Made by a program: the position numbers and the translations under genes
Notes under the pieces: generated by a model
Seen by the model: only the letters and a program-made list of their open reading frames with translations
The model's database searches: none
What the model was told of the DNA's origin: nothing
In this document: in pieces, positions 1 through 13,986 of the stretch
How the letters are laid out: every line of letters begins with the position of its first letter
Numbering within the stretch: the first letter of the stretch is position 1
Source of the DNA: Octopus vulgaris
Lineage: Eukaryota
DNA length: 64,000 bases
Assembly (NCBI GenBank): GCA_951406725.2
Contig: OX597817.1
Span: 165,974,001 to 166,038,000, forward strand
Reading direction: 5' to 3'

Positions 1-99
1 CTACTACTACTACTACTATTATTATTATTATTGTTGTTTTCTTCGCCCTTGTGGCAAATAAATGAAATCATTACTATCATTATTATTATTACTATTGTT

Positions 100-362
100 G
101 TTGTTGTTGTTGTTACTATTGCAGCTATGGTTACTGTTACTACTACCATTGCTGGCGCTCCTCTTCCTGTTGGGGTGGCATTTATTATTATTGTTGTTGT
201 TGCTGTTGCCGTCGTCGTCATGTTTCACGAAGTTTTGCTATTTCCCCCGGGGTCCAGTATCTGCCACACGACCATTCACTTGTGGTTTTCTGCGTTTTGT
301 ATTATTTTTATATACGTTTATATATGCGGATGTATACATAAACATGTATATTATGTACACAC

Positions 363-400
<38 letters not shown>
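100..400. repeat. ~300-bp segment duplicated at ~4062-4340 (direct repeat, copy 1)
   Basis: gttactattgcagctatgg...cccccggggtccagtatctgccacacgaccattcac...tattatgtacacac is near-identical in both places. Confidence 0.9.
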
Positions 401-405
<5 letters not shown>

Positions 406-618
406 CATGATGTATGTATGTGAGTATGTATGTATATACGTATGTATGTAATAACACGTTCACACACATACACACACCGAAATGTATTCCTGTATATGGA
501 AGTTATATAAGTTTCTCACCCTTATCTCACTCCAACACCCACTTTCTTCTCTTTTCCTTTCCTCTCTCTTCTCTTTTCTTCTTTTCAATGTTGCCCCTCT
601 CTTTCTCTGTATGTATAC

Positions 619-621
<3 letters not shown>

Positions 622-651
<30 letters not shown>

Positions 652-1037
652 TGTATGTATGTATGTATGTATGTATGTATGTATGTATGTATGTATGTAT
701 GTATGTATGTATGTATGTATGTGTGTATGTATGTTAGTATGTATGTATGTATGTATGTATGTATGTATGTATGTATATATATATATATACATATAGACAT
801 TTCGTATACGCATACACACACATCCATACACACTTCCATTTATCCAGCCATTCATGCACTCACACATACCCAGCGTCCATAAATAGCTATACAATCGTAC
901 ATACTCTCGCATCGGTACATATATACACGAACATATGCATATATATATATATATATATATATAAACTTACATACATACATACATATATACATACGTAGTA
1001 CGTACGTACATAATACATACATACATACATACATACA

Positions 1038-1071
<34 letters not shown>

Positions 1072-1473
1072 CATACATACATACATACATACATACATAC
1101 ATACATACATACATACATACATACATACATACATACATACATACATACATACATACATACATACATACATACATACATACATACGTACATACATACATAC
1201 ATACATACATACATACATACATACATACATACATACATACATGCATACATACATACATACATACATACATACATACATACATACATACATACATACATAC
1301 ATACATTCATACATACATACATACATACATACATACATACATACATACATACATACATACATACATACGTACGTACATACATACATATACATACATACAT
1401 ACATACATACATACATACATACACATACATGCATACATATACACACAAGTATACCTACATACACATACATACG

Positions 1474-1507
<34 letters not shown>

Positions 1508-1625
1508 CATACATACGTACATACATACATACATACATACATACATACATACACACATACATACATACATACATACATACATACACACATACATACATAC
1601 ATACATACATACACACATACATACA

Positions 1626-1657
<32 letters not shown>

Positions 1658-1750
1658 CATACATACGTACATACATACATACATACATACATACATACAT
1701 ACATACATACATACATACATACGTACGTACGTACGTACGTACGTACGTAC
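622..1750. repeat. (TATG)n at 622-775 followed by a long (TACA)n/(CATA)n microsatellite at 968-1750
   Basis: Direct reading; these explain the MYVC/HTYI ORFs. Confidence 0.97.
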
Positions 1751-1962
1751 ATAAGTACGCAGAGCCAATTTAACAGTAGCATAAGCTCCCAGGCAAATCA
1801 GTCCACTGGACCTGCTAGTATTTATTTATTTATTTATTGACAGCAAACCATGGCATATGTAGTTCCGAATTGGGCCTCTAGGCGCGTGAAGCACCTGAGT
1901 AACTGTCCAGCGTGCCCAGGCCTTAAAACGCAACTACAAATACTCAATCGCTTATACATGTA

Positions 1963-2125
1963 GGCGTAGGAGTGGCTGTGTGCTAAGTAGCTTGCTTACC
2001 TACCACATGGTTCCGGGTTCGGTCCCACTGCGTGGGACCTTATGGACAAGTGTCTTCTACTATAGTCTCGGACTGATCAAAGCCTATTGAGTGGATTTGG
2101 TAGACGGAAACTGAAAGAAGCCCGA
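1963..2125 (+). mobile_element. SINE family B, 5' half (tRNA-like head ggcgtaggagtggctgtg...ggttcggtcccact)
   Basis: Matches the heads of the full copies at 41277 and 2262-2679. Confidence 0.85.
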
Positions 2126-2261
2126 CCTGTCCTTGTTTTTTTTTGTACCGTCTGTCTGGATGTTTTGCGTTCTTGTACCATGATTCGTATTCCCCTTTAT
2201 ATAAATATAGCGGCGTACGTACACTTTAGTCTCTTATATGTAAGTATATATATATATACAC

Positions 2262-2467
2262 TTTACACTTTTACTTGTTTCAGTCATTTGACTGCGGCCA
2301 TGCTGGAGCACCGCCTTTAGTCGAGCAAATCGACCCCGGGACTTATTCTTTGTAAGCCCAGTACTTATTCTATCGGTTTCTTTTTGCCGAACCGCTAGGT
2401 GACGGGGATGTAAACACACCAGCATCGGTTGTCATGCAATGCTAGGGGGACAAACACAGACACACAA

Positions 2468-2516
<49 letters not shown>

Positions 2517-2679
2517 CGACAGGCTTCTTTCAGTTTCCGTCTACCAAATCCACTCACAAGGCATTGGTCGGCCCGGGGCTATAGCAGAAGACACTTGCCC
2601 AAGATGCCACGCAGTGGGACTGAACCCGGAACCATGTGGTTGGTTAGCAAGCTACTTACCACACAGCCACTCCTGCGCC
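2262..2679 (-). mobile_element. SINE family B, full copy with internal (TA)/(TG) microsatellite and (gtaaaa)n tail
   Basis: Same sequence recurs about 10 times in the window; has pol III A/B-box-like head. Confidence 0.9.
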
Positions 2680-3339
2680 TATAGCCACTCCTATATATGT
2701 ATATATATATATACATATTGTACGACTCTATTATTCTTTCATTCTTTCTTTCTTTCTATCAGCCCCTTCGCACTTCGATCTTTCCACTCTTCTTTCTTTC
2801 GTTTCCCCTCTCACTCATTTCTTGGCTTTCTCTTTATTCTCACTTTCCCTCGTCTTTCACTCCACTCTGTCCCTTTTCTTTTTTCTCATCCCTCCCTAAT
2901 TCTTCCATCCCTCTACCTCTACCTCTCACTTCTTTTTCCATATGACTGGTGTTCCGCCAAGCCTGACCTTTCTTTCTTGGTTTGACTACCATCTGTGCAA
3001 CATCTATATTCCTCCCTATGCTTGTCATCACTTATGTCCCTGCCGTAAGGCTTCACTTCCACACACGCCAGCTTAATTTAATTCGTCCTTTGTCGAAAGA
3101 CACCTGTTGTTATTGTCTTTTATTTGCATTTTATTTGCGTACCATTTCTCCGTTCTATTTCCATTCTAGTTTTCGTATACGTTCGCTGCTTTCTTCCAAG
3201 GAATCTAGTGCTCTTAGCTTAGTTTTTCTTGGGGCTGACCAGATTGGAACAATCTCGAGTATAACCAGCCGAAATTGCAAAGATAACCTGGAACTCGACT
3301 GAGAAAGAAAACTCCGAATGACCCGTCCTTGTTTTTTTG

Positions 3340-3418
<79 letters not shown>

Positions 3419-3578
3419 GTGTCTGTGTTTGTACCCCACGCCATCGCTTGACTACCGATATTGGTGTGTTTGCCTCCCCGTAACCTAGTGGTTCGGCAAA
3501 AAAGAACGATAGAATAAATCCTGGAATCGATTTGTTCGACTAAAGGCGGTGCTCTAGCATGGCCGCAGTCAAATGACT
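3340..3578 (+). mobile_element. SINE family B, 3' half
   Basis: ggcggtgctctagcatggccgcagtcaaatgact terminus. Confidence 0.8.
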
Positions 3579-3599
3579 TTGTTAGCTTACGAAGCTAAC

Positions 3600-3975
3600 A
3601 AAGGCCCACATTCGTGTACAGCTCTTAAATCTGTTCTACATCCAGAGAAAATCCTTTCTGCTATTGGCATTGAATCAGTCTCAGGTAAGCTCCTGCCCCA
3701 GACCACTGGACATGCTGTCCCTCCTTGCTTTCTTTTCTATTGCTACTATAATGTCCGCTGCTCAACTGATATTGCTGCTCCTCCATCTCCTTCACTCAGG
3801 CACTCTTGGCCCACTCGTTTCTCCACTACTTTTCACCCTTGTTGTGTCCACTGTTTCCATTTCTGCCTCCCCTGGACTTTGGCTCTCTGGAATCTCCTCT
3901 CTGCCCATGCCTTTCCTCTAGGTGCTAACCTGGAACAGTTTAAACGGATGATGAACGGTATTAAGCTCACGGGTT
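3600..3975 (+). pseudogene. Decayed 3' end of a LINE ORF2 (CR1/L2/Jockey-type C-terminus)
   Basis: Translation FYCYYNVRCS...PTRFS..HP...WNLLSAHAFPLGANLEQFKR resembles the C-terminal LFYRYY..CS...WNSLP..FP..NL..FK motif of LINE RTs. Confidence 0.6.
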
Positions 3976-4061
3976 TCGGAAGGACTACAAGAAAGATTAC
4001 ACACAAACACACATACATACACACATACATACATACATACATACATACATACATCCATCCA

Positions 4062-4301
4062 TGTTGTTGTTGTTACTATTGCAGCTATGGTTACTGTTAC
4101 TACTGCCATTGCTGGCACTCCTCTTCCTGTTGTTGTATTTATTATTCTTGTTGTTGTCGTCGTCATGTTTCACGAAGTTTTGCTATTTCCCCCGGGGTCC
4201 AGTATCTGCCACACGACCATTCACTTGTGGTTTTCTGCGTTTTGTATTATTTTTATATACGTTTATATATGCGGATGTATACATAAACATGTATATTATG
4301 T

Positions 4302-4333
<32 letters not shown>

Positions 4334-4340
4334 ACACATA
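4062..4340. repeat. Copy 2 of the segment at 100-400
   Basis: Direct sequence identity. Confidence 0.9.
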
Positions 4341-4431
4341 TATATATATATATATATGCATACATACATAAATACATACATACATACATACATACATACA
4401 TACATACATACATACACACAGATATATACAT

Positions 4432-4466
<35 letters not shown>

Positions 4467-5920
4467 TAATAACAATGAATTCCATAAAGACATCGAGTAG
4501 TACAATATCTGTAACGCCGAACAAATGACGGAGGCTAGAAACAGCAGTCAAACCTCTTTCAAGTTATGCTTATTTTCTTTAAATCGAGAAAGATAAATGT
4601 TTAGATGAAATCGATACGGTTGCAACGATTTAGACCAAACGTCTGCTCAACTCCAGCTGTCTTGGAGCTAAACACCAATGACTACTTATATCAAAACAAC
4701 AGTAATTACTGAAGCCCCTAGTCATTACTATCGCCATTAATACTAACTGTTTATAGTAACAAAGCTTCTAATACTGCTTTGTCAATCATAGTAACTGGTG
4801 AAATCACTAATATTTAGCTACGAATACTATTTACCATAGTCATCAATGAATACTATAGGTACCAATAGTATTATAATTTCGAATAACTATACTCGTAGCC
4901 TATATTAACCCTTATAGCTAGAGGTATCTAGAATTAATTGTATTGGCTGGCTTATATTTATGTGTATATATCTGCGTAAACATGTTGAATAAAGTTGGTC
5001 TGCGTATTTATTATCGGAACAACTCTCCAAAGTAAACAAAATTTCGACTAAGAAAATATGAAATATTCTATACAGGCGAGGTAATCATTGATAAATTCAC
5101 TAGGATCTCTTTGTTTCTTAGGTTCCGATAGAGAAGTAGTATAGACACTCAATCATTCACTGATGTAAATGCTGTAAGTAATAAAATTGGCCCATGTGTT
5201 TTTTGGGGTTTTTTTTTTTTTTGGTTGAATATTACCGATGAAGAGAATTATGATTGTGGTTGATGCACGTTGATAATATAATATGGCTTCTACTTATGTT
5301 GTAACGTACAACCACTCTAATCTTGTTATCGTTTCACAGTGCTATTTAATGCGATTATAAACTCGTTAATATCGTCAGATTTTATTGTACCTATCAAACA
5401 TGATGACTGACAGTGATATAATATGATATAATAACATTGGAAAATTTAGTGGTTCGTCTCAAAATGTTATCTCACCACCACATCCCACACCACCAAAAGA
5501 CTATGCCACCACATCGTTCCTAATCTAGGAAACCAGAACTAACGATAACATTTATAACGACTACCCTGCTTTCTTCAGAAATGGTTAAATATAAATGATA
5601 AACTAAATATGAATATATACTATACCACATAAGAAAAGAGGACGATTACAGTTAGACGCTGACTGAAAGTAGAAAAACTGTCTCAAAGCGACAGTAACTA
5701 GAAATATACAGAAAACGGATGCGAATGGGCCGAGTAAGACGCCTCACAAAGTTTAAAACATACTTATACTACTTTCATCAGCTTCACCACCACCATCAAA
5801 TTTACAAATTCTCAGAAAAATACACAGAAATATTACAGTAACATCAACAGAAGTAACGATAAAAACGGAATGCATTTCTGTTATCTCGCTTCTCAGCGTC
5901 CCCTGGTCGCACCGATTACA

Positions 5921-6312
5921 ACTATATATATATAATGCTGAAGTTGTCTGTGTGTGTGGCAGGTTTGGTACCCTCAACTAACACCATCTCCTCCGAGACC
6001 CTGCAGCACAAGTTGACCAAAATTGAAAGTACGATAGAAGAAAGCTTGCTCTTCCTTCCGTAGAAAATAAAATTCAAATCGGATCATGTTAAGACCAAAA
6101 ATTATTTACATCAAAAACGTGCTCTTTTTCTATGAAAATCCCTATTTTTTACGAGTTTTTGACTGCTGTGTCGCCATTTTTCGGTGTATTTCAACCAGAA
6201 AAAAGTTCACATAAAGAGAATAACAAGCTACATAATGCAAAATTTTTACTTTTCAAAAATCTAATTCTAAAGGGTCGAAACAAACCCGAGCAACGCCGGG
6301 CGATACTGCTAG
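5921..6312 (+). mobile_element. Non-autonomous Helitron
   Basis: 5' (t)ctatatatataa...; 3' GC hairpin cccgagcaacgccggg then CTAG followed by T; 3' end shared with 53140-54006. Confidence 0.8.
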
Positions 6313-7579
6313 TTTAAAAATAAACGCTTCATACACAAGTATATCTAAACGTTCTGAAATGCTTCAAACAGCTAAACAAGGAAATGAGAACAAGACAGAC
6401 AGTTGGCAAACGTATATACAACATGACCAACATAAACCACAAATCTAGTCATAAAACACTTGCATTTTCACAAGAGCAGCAGAAATACTGACAACAACGT
6501 CCACAGCAAGAATTAGCAACCTCTGTAACACAAAACGTTTCTTGAAAAATCAATCAAAAAACCCCATTGAACACAAGAACACAAAACGAAAAATGCAGAT
6601 CTTTCAGAGAGACAATGATTTAGATACCCTACTTTCTGTATGACATTCAAACTAAGCAACAACGACTAAAAGTTCAGAAGCTTCTGACAAAGCCAGACAA
6701 GTTCACAAACATGCTCCCGAGAATACCAGAAAACATCACAGTTTTCACCAACAACCACTCGTACAAGAGATTGTCAGTCACGGATCCGTACCATTTCCAC
6801 GGTCCTTGTGGTCACCTTTGCATTTCAAACTAGGGCACGCGTGCATAGGTAGAGGTATACTTAACTATTTCAACCTGTGTTTTGACAGAATCTTTTGATC
6901 CCGAAAAATAGAGCAAACAGTACCATAAGTCTTACCACGTTCAGTCGAGGCTAACATCTGACATCTCCTATCATTCTGTTTCGATGTGAGTTGGAAACTG
7001 CCGCTATACTTCTCATAGCACTTGTATATATTTTCTCTTTGCTCTCTCTCTTGAATTAAGTCATCATATAAAAAGTTACTGCCAGGTTTTATGCAGTTCT
7101 CTTTGTCCATTGTTTATCTATTTTTTTCTCTGGAAATATTGCCATGAGACAAAATCAGCTTCTTTAGCGTAACTGATATATGCCCGTGCACGTATGTTAT
7201 CGCAGATGTCGTTCAAAATATTTGTTAAATTGATCGAAACCATTTTCAATTAAAATGTTCATTATTTTTGTATTTATCTTTTAAGAGTTTATTCTTTGGT
7301 ATAATTTGTTTCTTTGATGTTTACATTTTCTTTTGCATAATTGTTGAGGACCGTTATCTAGATATTTTAATGTGAAATGTTGTTAAAACGAAAAGGCAAA
7401 TTAAAAATAAAATCTGTAAACACAAACCATTTTGGGAGGTGGGTCCTACTCTCACATGCCATATTTGCAGCTTAGCTAAAGATATAAAAGTATCACTTGG
7501 TATTCTTTGAAACATGTCTTAGTCGGAGCGATGAAAAAGATGTCAACACGATTCGATAGTTGTCAACAACAATGATTAA

Positions 7580-7785
7580 ATTTTGGCGCGCAAGGCTACC
7601 AATCTCGGAGAAGGGGTTACGTCGATCACCTCGACCCCGTTGCTCAACTGGTAATTTAACAATCCTGAAAGGATGAAAGGCAAAGTTGACCTCAGTTGAA
7701 TTTGAACTCGGAACCTAAAGGCGGACGGAATGCCGCTAAGCATTTAGCCCGGCGTACTAACAATTCTCTCAGCTCACTGCCTTAA
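7580..7785 (-). mobile_element. SINE family C, diverged copy
   Basis: gaaaggatgaaaggcaaagttgacctc...tttgaactc core. Confidence 0.75.
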
Positions 7786-8103
7786 TAATTATAAGAACAT
7801 TAACAATAACGACGACGACGACGACGATGACGATGACGACGACGACGATGATGATGATGATGATGATAATGAGGAGGAGGAGGAGGATTTCAAATTTTGG
7901 CATAAGGCCTGCATTTTCAGGGGGAGCGGGTAAGTCGATTACATCGACCTTAGTGTTTAACTAGAGTCGACATAACCGATGTATTTTGTTTATTCGCTTT
8001 TCCTAAACTCCTAATATTAGTGGGCTTCTAAGCAGTGTGCTCGCGAATAGTTATTGGGGGTGTTTAAGGAAAACGACCGCCATTGTTATGCTAGGTAACT
8101 TAC

Positions 8104-8168
8104 CAGATGTCGAAATACGGTGGATTCACCTCCTCAGCGTTCAGAAGTATCTCGCCAAGTTTAGTCAT
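8104..8168 (-). CDS. Putative first coding segment of a host gene (exon 8251-8104); MTKLGEILLNAEEVNPPYFDI plus phase-2 TG
   Basis: Acceptor tttcag| at 8252, perfect donor CTG|GTAAGT at 8103, aaaATGa start with an upstream in-frame TGA, unique non-repetitive sequence. Confidence 0.55.
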
Positions 8169-8375
8169 TTTCGCTGAGAACACAGAGGACGTGAATTGTC
8201 AATGTATTGACATCTGGTTAATTGCCTTGCATGATATTGACGGTCTTAAACCTGAAACACGTGTCTGTTTTACACAGAAAAATATATAAATATGCATGCA
8301 CACGCATATACATGTGTTTGCGTATGTGTATACATCTTAATATCTTTGCATGTATATATATATATATGCACATGT

Positions 8376-8430
<55 letters not shown>

Positions 8431-9572
8431 GAGAAAATAACTAGATCGGTCTCTCTTTATATGTATATGTGTGTGTATGCATGAGAGAGCGGTGGATGCA
8501 ATCATTGTGACACTGGGGTAAAATGCATGTATGTACGTACGTACGTATGTGTGTATGTATGTATGTATGAATGTATGTCTGTATGTATGTATGTATGTAT
8601 GAATGTATGTATGTATATTTCAGTATGTAGGCGTTCCTTGTAACAGTATGTCGACACGACTGGAACAGAGTGTGAAATGGTTTGTTCATAGCTACACACA
8701 CACTCACACACACACACACACACACACACTCTCACAAACACACACACACATACACGCACGCACGTACATACGCGCGCACATATATAGAGAGCTGTAAACT
8801 TGCGTGTACGTATGTGCGTGCGCACATGGAGTACTCTAAATTAGGGGTACTTAGGGTTGAGAACATTTGGATTTCTCTAAGTGATGATGGGAAAATCAAG
8901 GTTCATTACATGTTAGGGGCGGTGTTAGTCTGGAAACTACAACAACAATAACAACAGTAACAAGACTATCAACGAACGTGAGTACAACGCCGACAGTAAC
9001 AACTGATAGCAACGACAAGAGAAACGGTATAAATAGCAAAGGATTTAATACCCTGCATCGCTGATAAATGCCGCTTATGTTCTGGCGAAGTAGGAGGTGT
9101 GTTCGCTCGCTATAGGGTTTCACTGTCCACTCCGACGAGTGATCAGAAAGAGCCGGTTTGAGAAAAAAAATAAGACAGAATGAAACGAATACATATGTGT
9201 GTGTGTGCGTGTGTGTGTGTGTGTGTGCGTGTGTGTGTGTGTGTGTCTTTGTGCGTGTCTTTGTGTGTGCATGTAATTTTGCGTGTATATATGTGTGGGT
9301 GTATGTGTGTGTTTGTGTATATCTTATATATATAAAAACATGTATATAAATATAAATGCATATATATATATATATACATATATATATATGTATATATGTA
9401 TATGAGTGTATATCTATGTGTGTGTGTGTGTGTGCGTGAGCATGTGTGTGTGTGTCATTGTGTGTGTATATATGTTTGCATGTATGTATGCATGTTTATA
9501 TATGTGTGTGTGTATGAGTGTGTTCGTGTATATTTGTAGATGCAAATACATATATATTTATGTATGTATATA

Positions 9573-9603
<31 letters not shown>

Positions 9604-10390
9604 GTGTATATATATATGTATATGTATATGTGTGCATATATATGTGTGTGTGTGTGCCTGTGTGTGTGTGTGTGTGTGTGTGCGTATGGAATGGTACAGT
9701 GTAATGGTACACTATACCTCATCATGGCCGGCTCTGTTGAAACAGAGAAAAGAAAGAAACATAAAAAAGGTGTAAAAGAATGAGCGAAGAAAGATAATTT
9801 GTTGTTGATGGAAAGTTAGGGTGGATATTTAGGAATATTTAGAAACACATATCTAATACGTTCGTTATATACGTATATAGTGACGTACACATTGATATGC
9901 ATATGTACATACATAGGTAGAAGCGTACATACCTAAGTATATTCGTATTTAATGACATAAAAAGCTAAAACGAATAGACGTTTAAAATATATAATCAAAC
10001 GACATATTGAAATAAATATCATATCCTCCGCACATACGATCGTGTTTCTAGCACTCGACGTTCATAAAAATATATAAACACATCATGTTTCCTCATCGGA
10101 TCAACAATTTTGGTTAACTGTTTTGCACAGTATAAATATTTTTGCTTTAAGTGCGAACTATCTATCTATTCGTATAACTACTAAAACAGCTAATTTCAGT
10201 AAGTTATTTTAAATTACGTCTGTGTTTAATATAAATTTCAAAGGTTCTCGTTACACATTGTAATGTCTAAAGACTTTTACGGTGTGTAGACTGAGTGTAT
10301 GTTTCCTCATGATGTTTCGAGTGTTTTCGTGCATCACAGGTTTTCTAGACAGAGCTGGACAAAAATTAAGAAGTAAAAGTTGTCTTAAAG

Positions 10391-11029
10391 TACCGTAAAT
10401 CCTCGAGTATAGTCCGCCCTTGTGTATAATGCGCAGGCGATTTCTACATGCGGGATTGCTGGGGACCGCTTGTGAAATCCACATATTCCCACGAAACTTC
10501 TTCCATGGTAGAAGAAGCCGACTCAACCCACCCAGGGTGAATGTCGCCTCAAGTACAAGTACAAGTAAGTACCTCTGAAAGACCTAAACCTTGTGTATAA
10601 TACGCACCCCTTCTCTAACTTGAGTCAAGGAGGTTTATATAACGTCCTTGGTTTGTAAAAGTAAATACGGTAACGTCCTTTATTATTATTATTATATATA
10701 TAACATAATGCAAACGTGTATCTTTTTTGTGCATTTTGTTTGCAGAAAATGAAGAAATAACAGTAATAACAGTAATAACGTTTAATAAATGTTGCTTACT
10801 GCAAGTTATGGATGATTCTTTTATGACTTCATTGCTTTCAGGCTTAGTTCAAGGTATTTTCGTGCCCGACATCACAAAATGCGTCTGAATAAACATTGCC
10901 GGACAGCAAATAGAGACTTGGACATTGCTTGGAAAATATTTTTCGTTTTTAACCTCGTATATAGTATGCACTAGGGATTTTGGCCTTTAAATTTTGGGAA
11001 AAAATGCGGATTATACTCGAGGATTTACA
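10391..11029. mobile_element. Tc1/mariner-pogo-type MITE
   Basis: TIR taCCGTAAATCCTCGAGTATA / TATACTCGAGGATTTAC; second copy at 23690-24214. Confidence 0.85.
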
Positions 11030-11891
11030 GATGTGTATTTATCGCAATACATAACTGTTCGACTGATGTTCTATATACAATTATTATTGCTTTGGCTCTT
11101 ATTTTCTTTCAGGTTTCTTGAGCTTCTTGCAAATTACTTTCAGCAAAAGAAATATTTCCGATATAAATTACCAGTAACTTATTGCTACAGTGTATATGCG
11201 CGTCTACGCATGTATGTATATAGACATATACAAATAAATATATCATGTAAAAAAAGTTTTAAAAAAATATGAAGATGGTGTAAAAAAATGGAACAAACAA
11301 ACTGTGTGTATTAGGTTGACACTAAGGAAAATTGCAAGACGTATTTAACATTTCGAGCCTATGCTCTTCAGCGGAAAGGATAGATGGGGAGAAATAAAGA
11401 GAAAAAGAACAAGTGTGTCTCAATTAGTCGGCCATCGCATGCTGAAAACCTTAGAGACTCCTTGTTTTCCTGGGCGTGGACCTATTACACCGTGTTTGTT
11501 TGTTTGTTGTTTTTTTTCACCATTTTCTTTTTCTTTTCTTTTTTTTGTACCACATTTAATATATGCTCCGTGGTCACTCCGGTTTCATACTGCCTCACTG
11601 AACTTTCAGTGAAAACCTATTTTGAATATTTTACTAAGTTTTGAAGTGTTGACATTAAGAGTTCTTTCTATATTATTTTTCCCTTTAGGTATAATTAGTT
11701 TAAATTTATATTTCTTTCTTTCTCGGAATCCCCAGACTTCTATACGACCAGCTAATTACTTGGGACGGCAGTAACCTCACAAATAATATATTACCACTGA
11801 ACTCTACTGAGTTTCTCACTAGAACTCTTTCTAGACTATTACTGTTATTCTCCTTGAATTACCCCCTTCATGGATCTTACTGTACACTGTT

Positions 11892-11956
<65 letters not shown>

Positions 11957-11974
11957 TATATACATACATATATT

Positions 11975-12810
11975 ATAACATATTATACGACTAAACGCAC
12001 GCACCCTATTAAGTAAGATTGTTCTGTTTATCAAGTTCGCCTTGATATTAACTCTCACGCGACTCTGCATCTTTCTTTCTTTCTCTCCCATTCCCTTTTT
12101 CGTCTTTTTTTCCCTCACTTAACTTGTCTCTTCCTCTCTCTCTCCCCCTCACTGTTCTTCATGGTCTCCTCGCACCATTCCCCTTCTTCTCTCTCTTCCT
12201 CTTGCTCCTCCTCCCCCATTCCCGTCGTCCATCTGCGACGTACTTCCGTCGTAACTGCTATCCCGTCCTTTCTCGCCTGCCTTCTAAGGCCACTGGTCGA
12301 CATCTTCCTCTCTCGTCGTCCACTATAATCCAGCGTTTGCAATACTTTTTTCGTCTGGCGTTAACAGCCCTTCTTATCTTGTTCTCCTTGTCCTGTCTCT
12401 CACTGTTATATATTTATTTTTCCACTGTTTATATATATATTTTTTACTGTTTATATGTTTGTACTGTCGTTACCGTCTTGCTTTTTTACCCCTCTGCGAC
12501 AAGATCTCAGAATTTTAATTGATTTGCTTTTCGCAGGAAGGAATTTTTCATTCGAAGTATACGTCTCGCTTTTATCCTTCGAAACGTTTAGTAGATGAAA
12601 CTTTAGCGACTGAAGAAGGGGATTTTTCGTTGTGCTTATTGTCCTGTATTTCCTTTTTTTGCTTGTCTTGTTCCTTGGTTTGTGTCTATGTTTTTCGTCT
12701 CTCTATGTGTTCGACGTCCTTTTGGTGTCCTGTACACATATATGCGTGTATATGTACATGTAGAGGTAGGTACGTACATATATGTTTATATATATGCATA
12801 TATTTTATTA
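11975..12810 (+). mobile_element. ~0.85-kb interspersed element (possible Penelope-type UTR/pLTR), inverted relative to 17367-18355
   Basis: High identity between the two copies; CT-rich body; flanked by (TA)n. Confidence 0.75.
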
Positions 12811-12839
12811 ACATATATATACATATATACATACATATA

Positions 12840-12886
<47 letters not shown>

Positions 12887-13158
12887 CTTTTCATTTGTGT
12901 GTATATGTATCTATGTGTGTGCGCGAGTGTGTCACTGTTGAAGTCATTCATGCAACTTGTCTGTGTATGTATTGGCTTAGTGGTACAGCGTGTTTGGAAC
13001 CTGTGAATAAGGTGCAAGTTTCGAGTACATGTCGGCAACTTTTTTCTCCTCGTCTTCTAATAGTAATTACCCAACTTTCTGGGCTCTTCTCACAGGTATC
13101 CCGCTTTGAAAAATTATACAGGTATTTAAAAATTTTTTTTTAATAAATCATAAATTAC

Positions 13159-13193
<35 letters not shown>

Positions 13194-13194
13194 C

Positions 13195-13400
13195 AACAAT
13201 TGAGGGTAAAATTAATTAATTATTAATCAATTTCACCAAGTATTCAGTATGTAAAGGGACCATTATAGGCGAATTCAAAATATTACATTATATATAAGGG
13301 CTTAGTAAAATAAATTACTTTGCCACATACTGAACTCATTAGAAATAGCAGCTAAAGGAATTTCTTCAGCTATTTCTAATACTTAAAGAAGATCTCTCTC
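13195..13400. repeat. Interspersed repeat with internal hairpin (attagaaatagc...gctatttctaat); homolog at 62465-62635
   Basis: Shared aatttcaccaagta and ttagaaatagcag motifs. Confidence 0.55.
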
Positions 13401-13533
13401 AGATAGTGCTTGCCTAAACCAACTCACAAAAGTATGGGGGAAAAAACATTAAAAAATCAAGTGCAAAGGTTATTTGAGAACGTACGTTTCTAGATTAGTC
13501 AATTCGACATTTCTTTACATACTGCCTATAATG

Positions 13534-13647
<114 letters not shown>

Positions 13648-13986
13648 ATATATAGCCATGTGTGCGTGTCTTGTGTTTGTGCTTGTCCCCATCCACCGCT
13701 TAACAACTGGTGTTGGCGTGTTTGCGTCCCGCAAATTACTGGTGCCGCAAAAGAGACCAATAGGATAAGAATCACCTTACAGAAAGAATAACTATTGAGA
13801 TTGATTTATTCGGCTAACAATTCTTCATTCTTCAAGGGGGTGCCCCAGCATGGCCGCAGTATAACGAATGACAGAAATAAAAGATAAAAATTAGATATGA
13901 AAAAGTATCTGTCAACATAGTTGAATATGCTTTCAAATGCTATCTACCCTAGATGTGAGCATGCGCGTTCTACCTGAACCTGTAAT

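Noticed and set aside
414-1840. Long ORFs (MYVC/HTYI repeats), and similar ORFs throughout the window
   Set aside because: Translations of stop-free microsatellites
6790-6875. Next coding exon after the 8104 donor (W-LKIV...)
   Set aside because: In-frame TAG after 14 codons and a weak acceptor
12124-12522. Duplicated 'membrane protein' ORFs (also 17060-18181)
   Set aside because: CT/T-rich repeat element; reading frames are not conserved between the two copies
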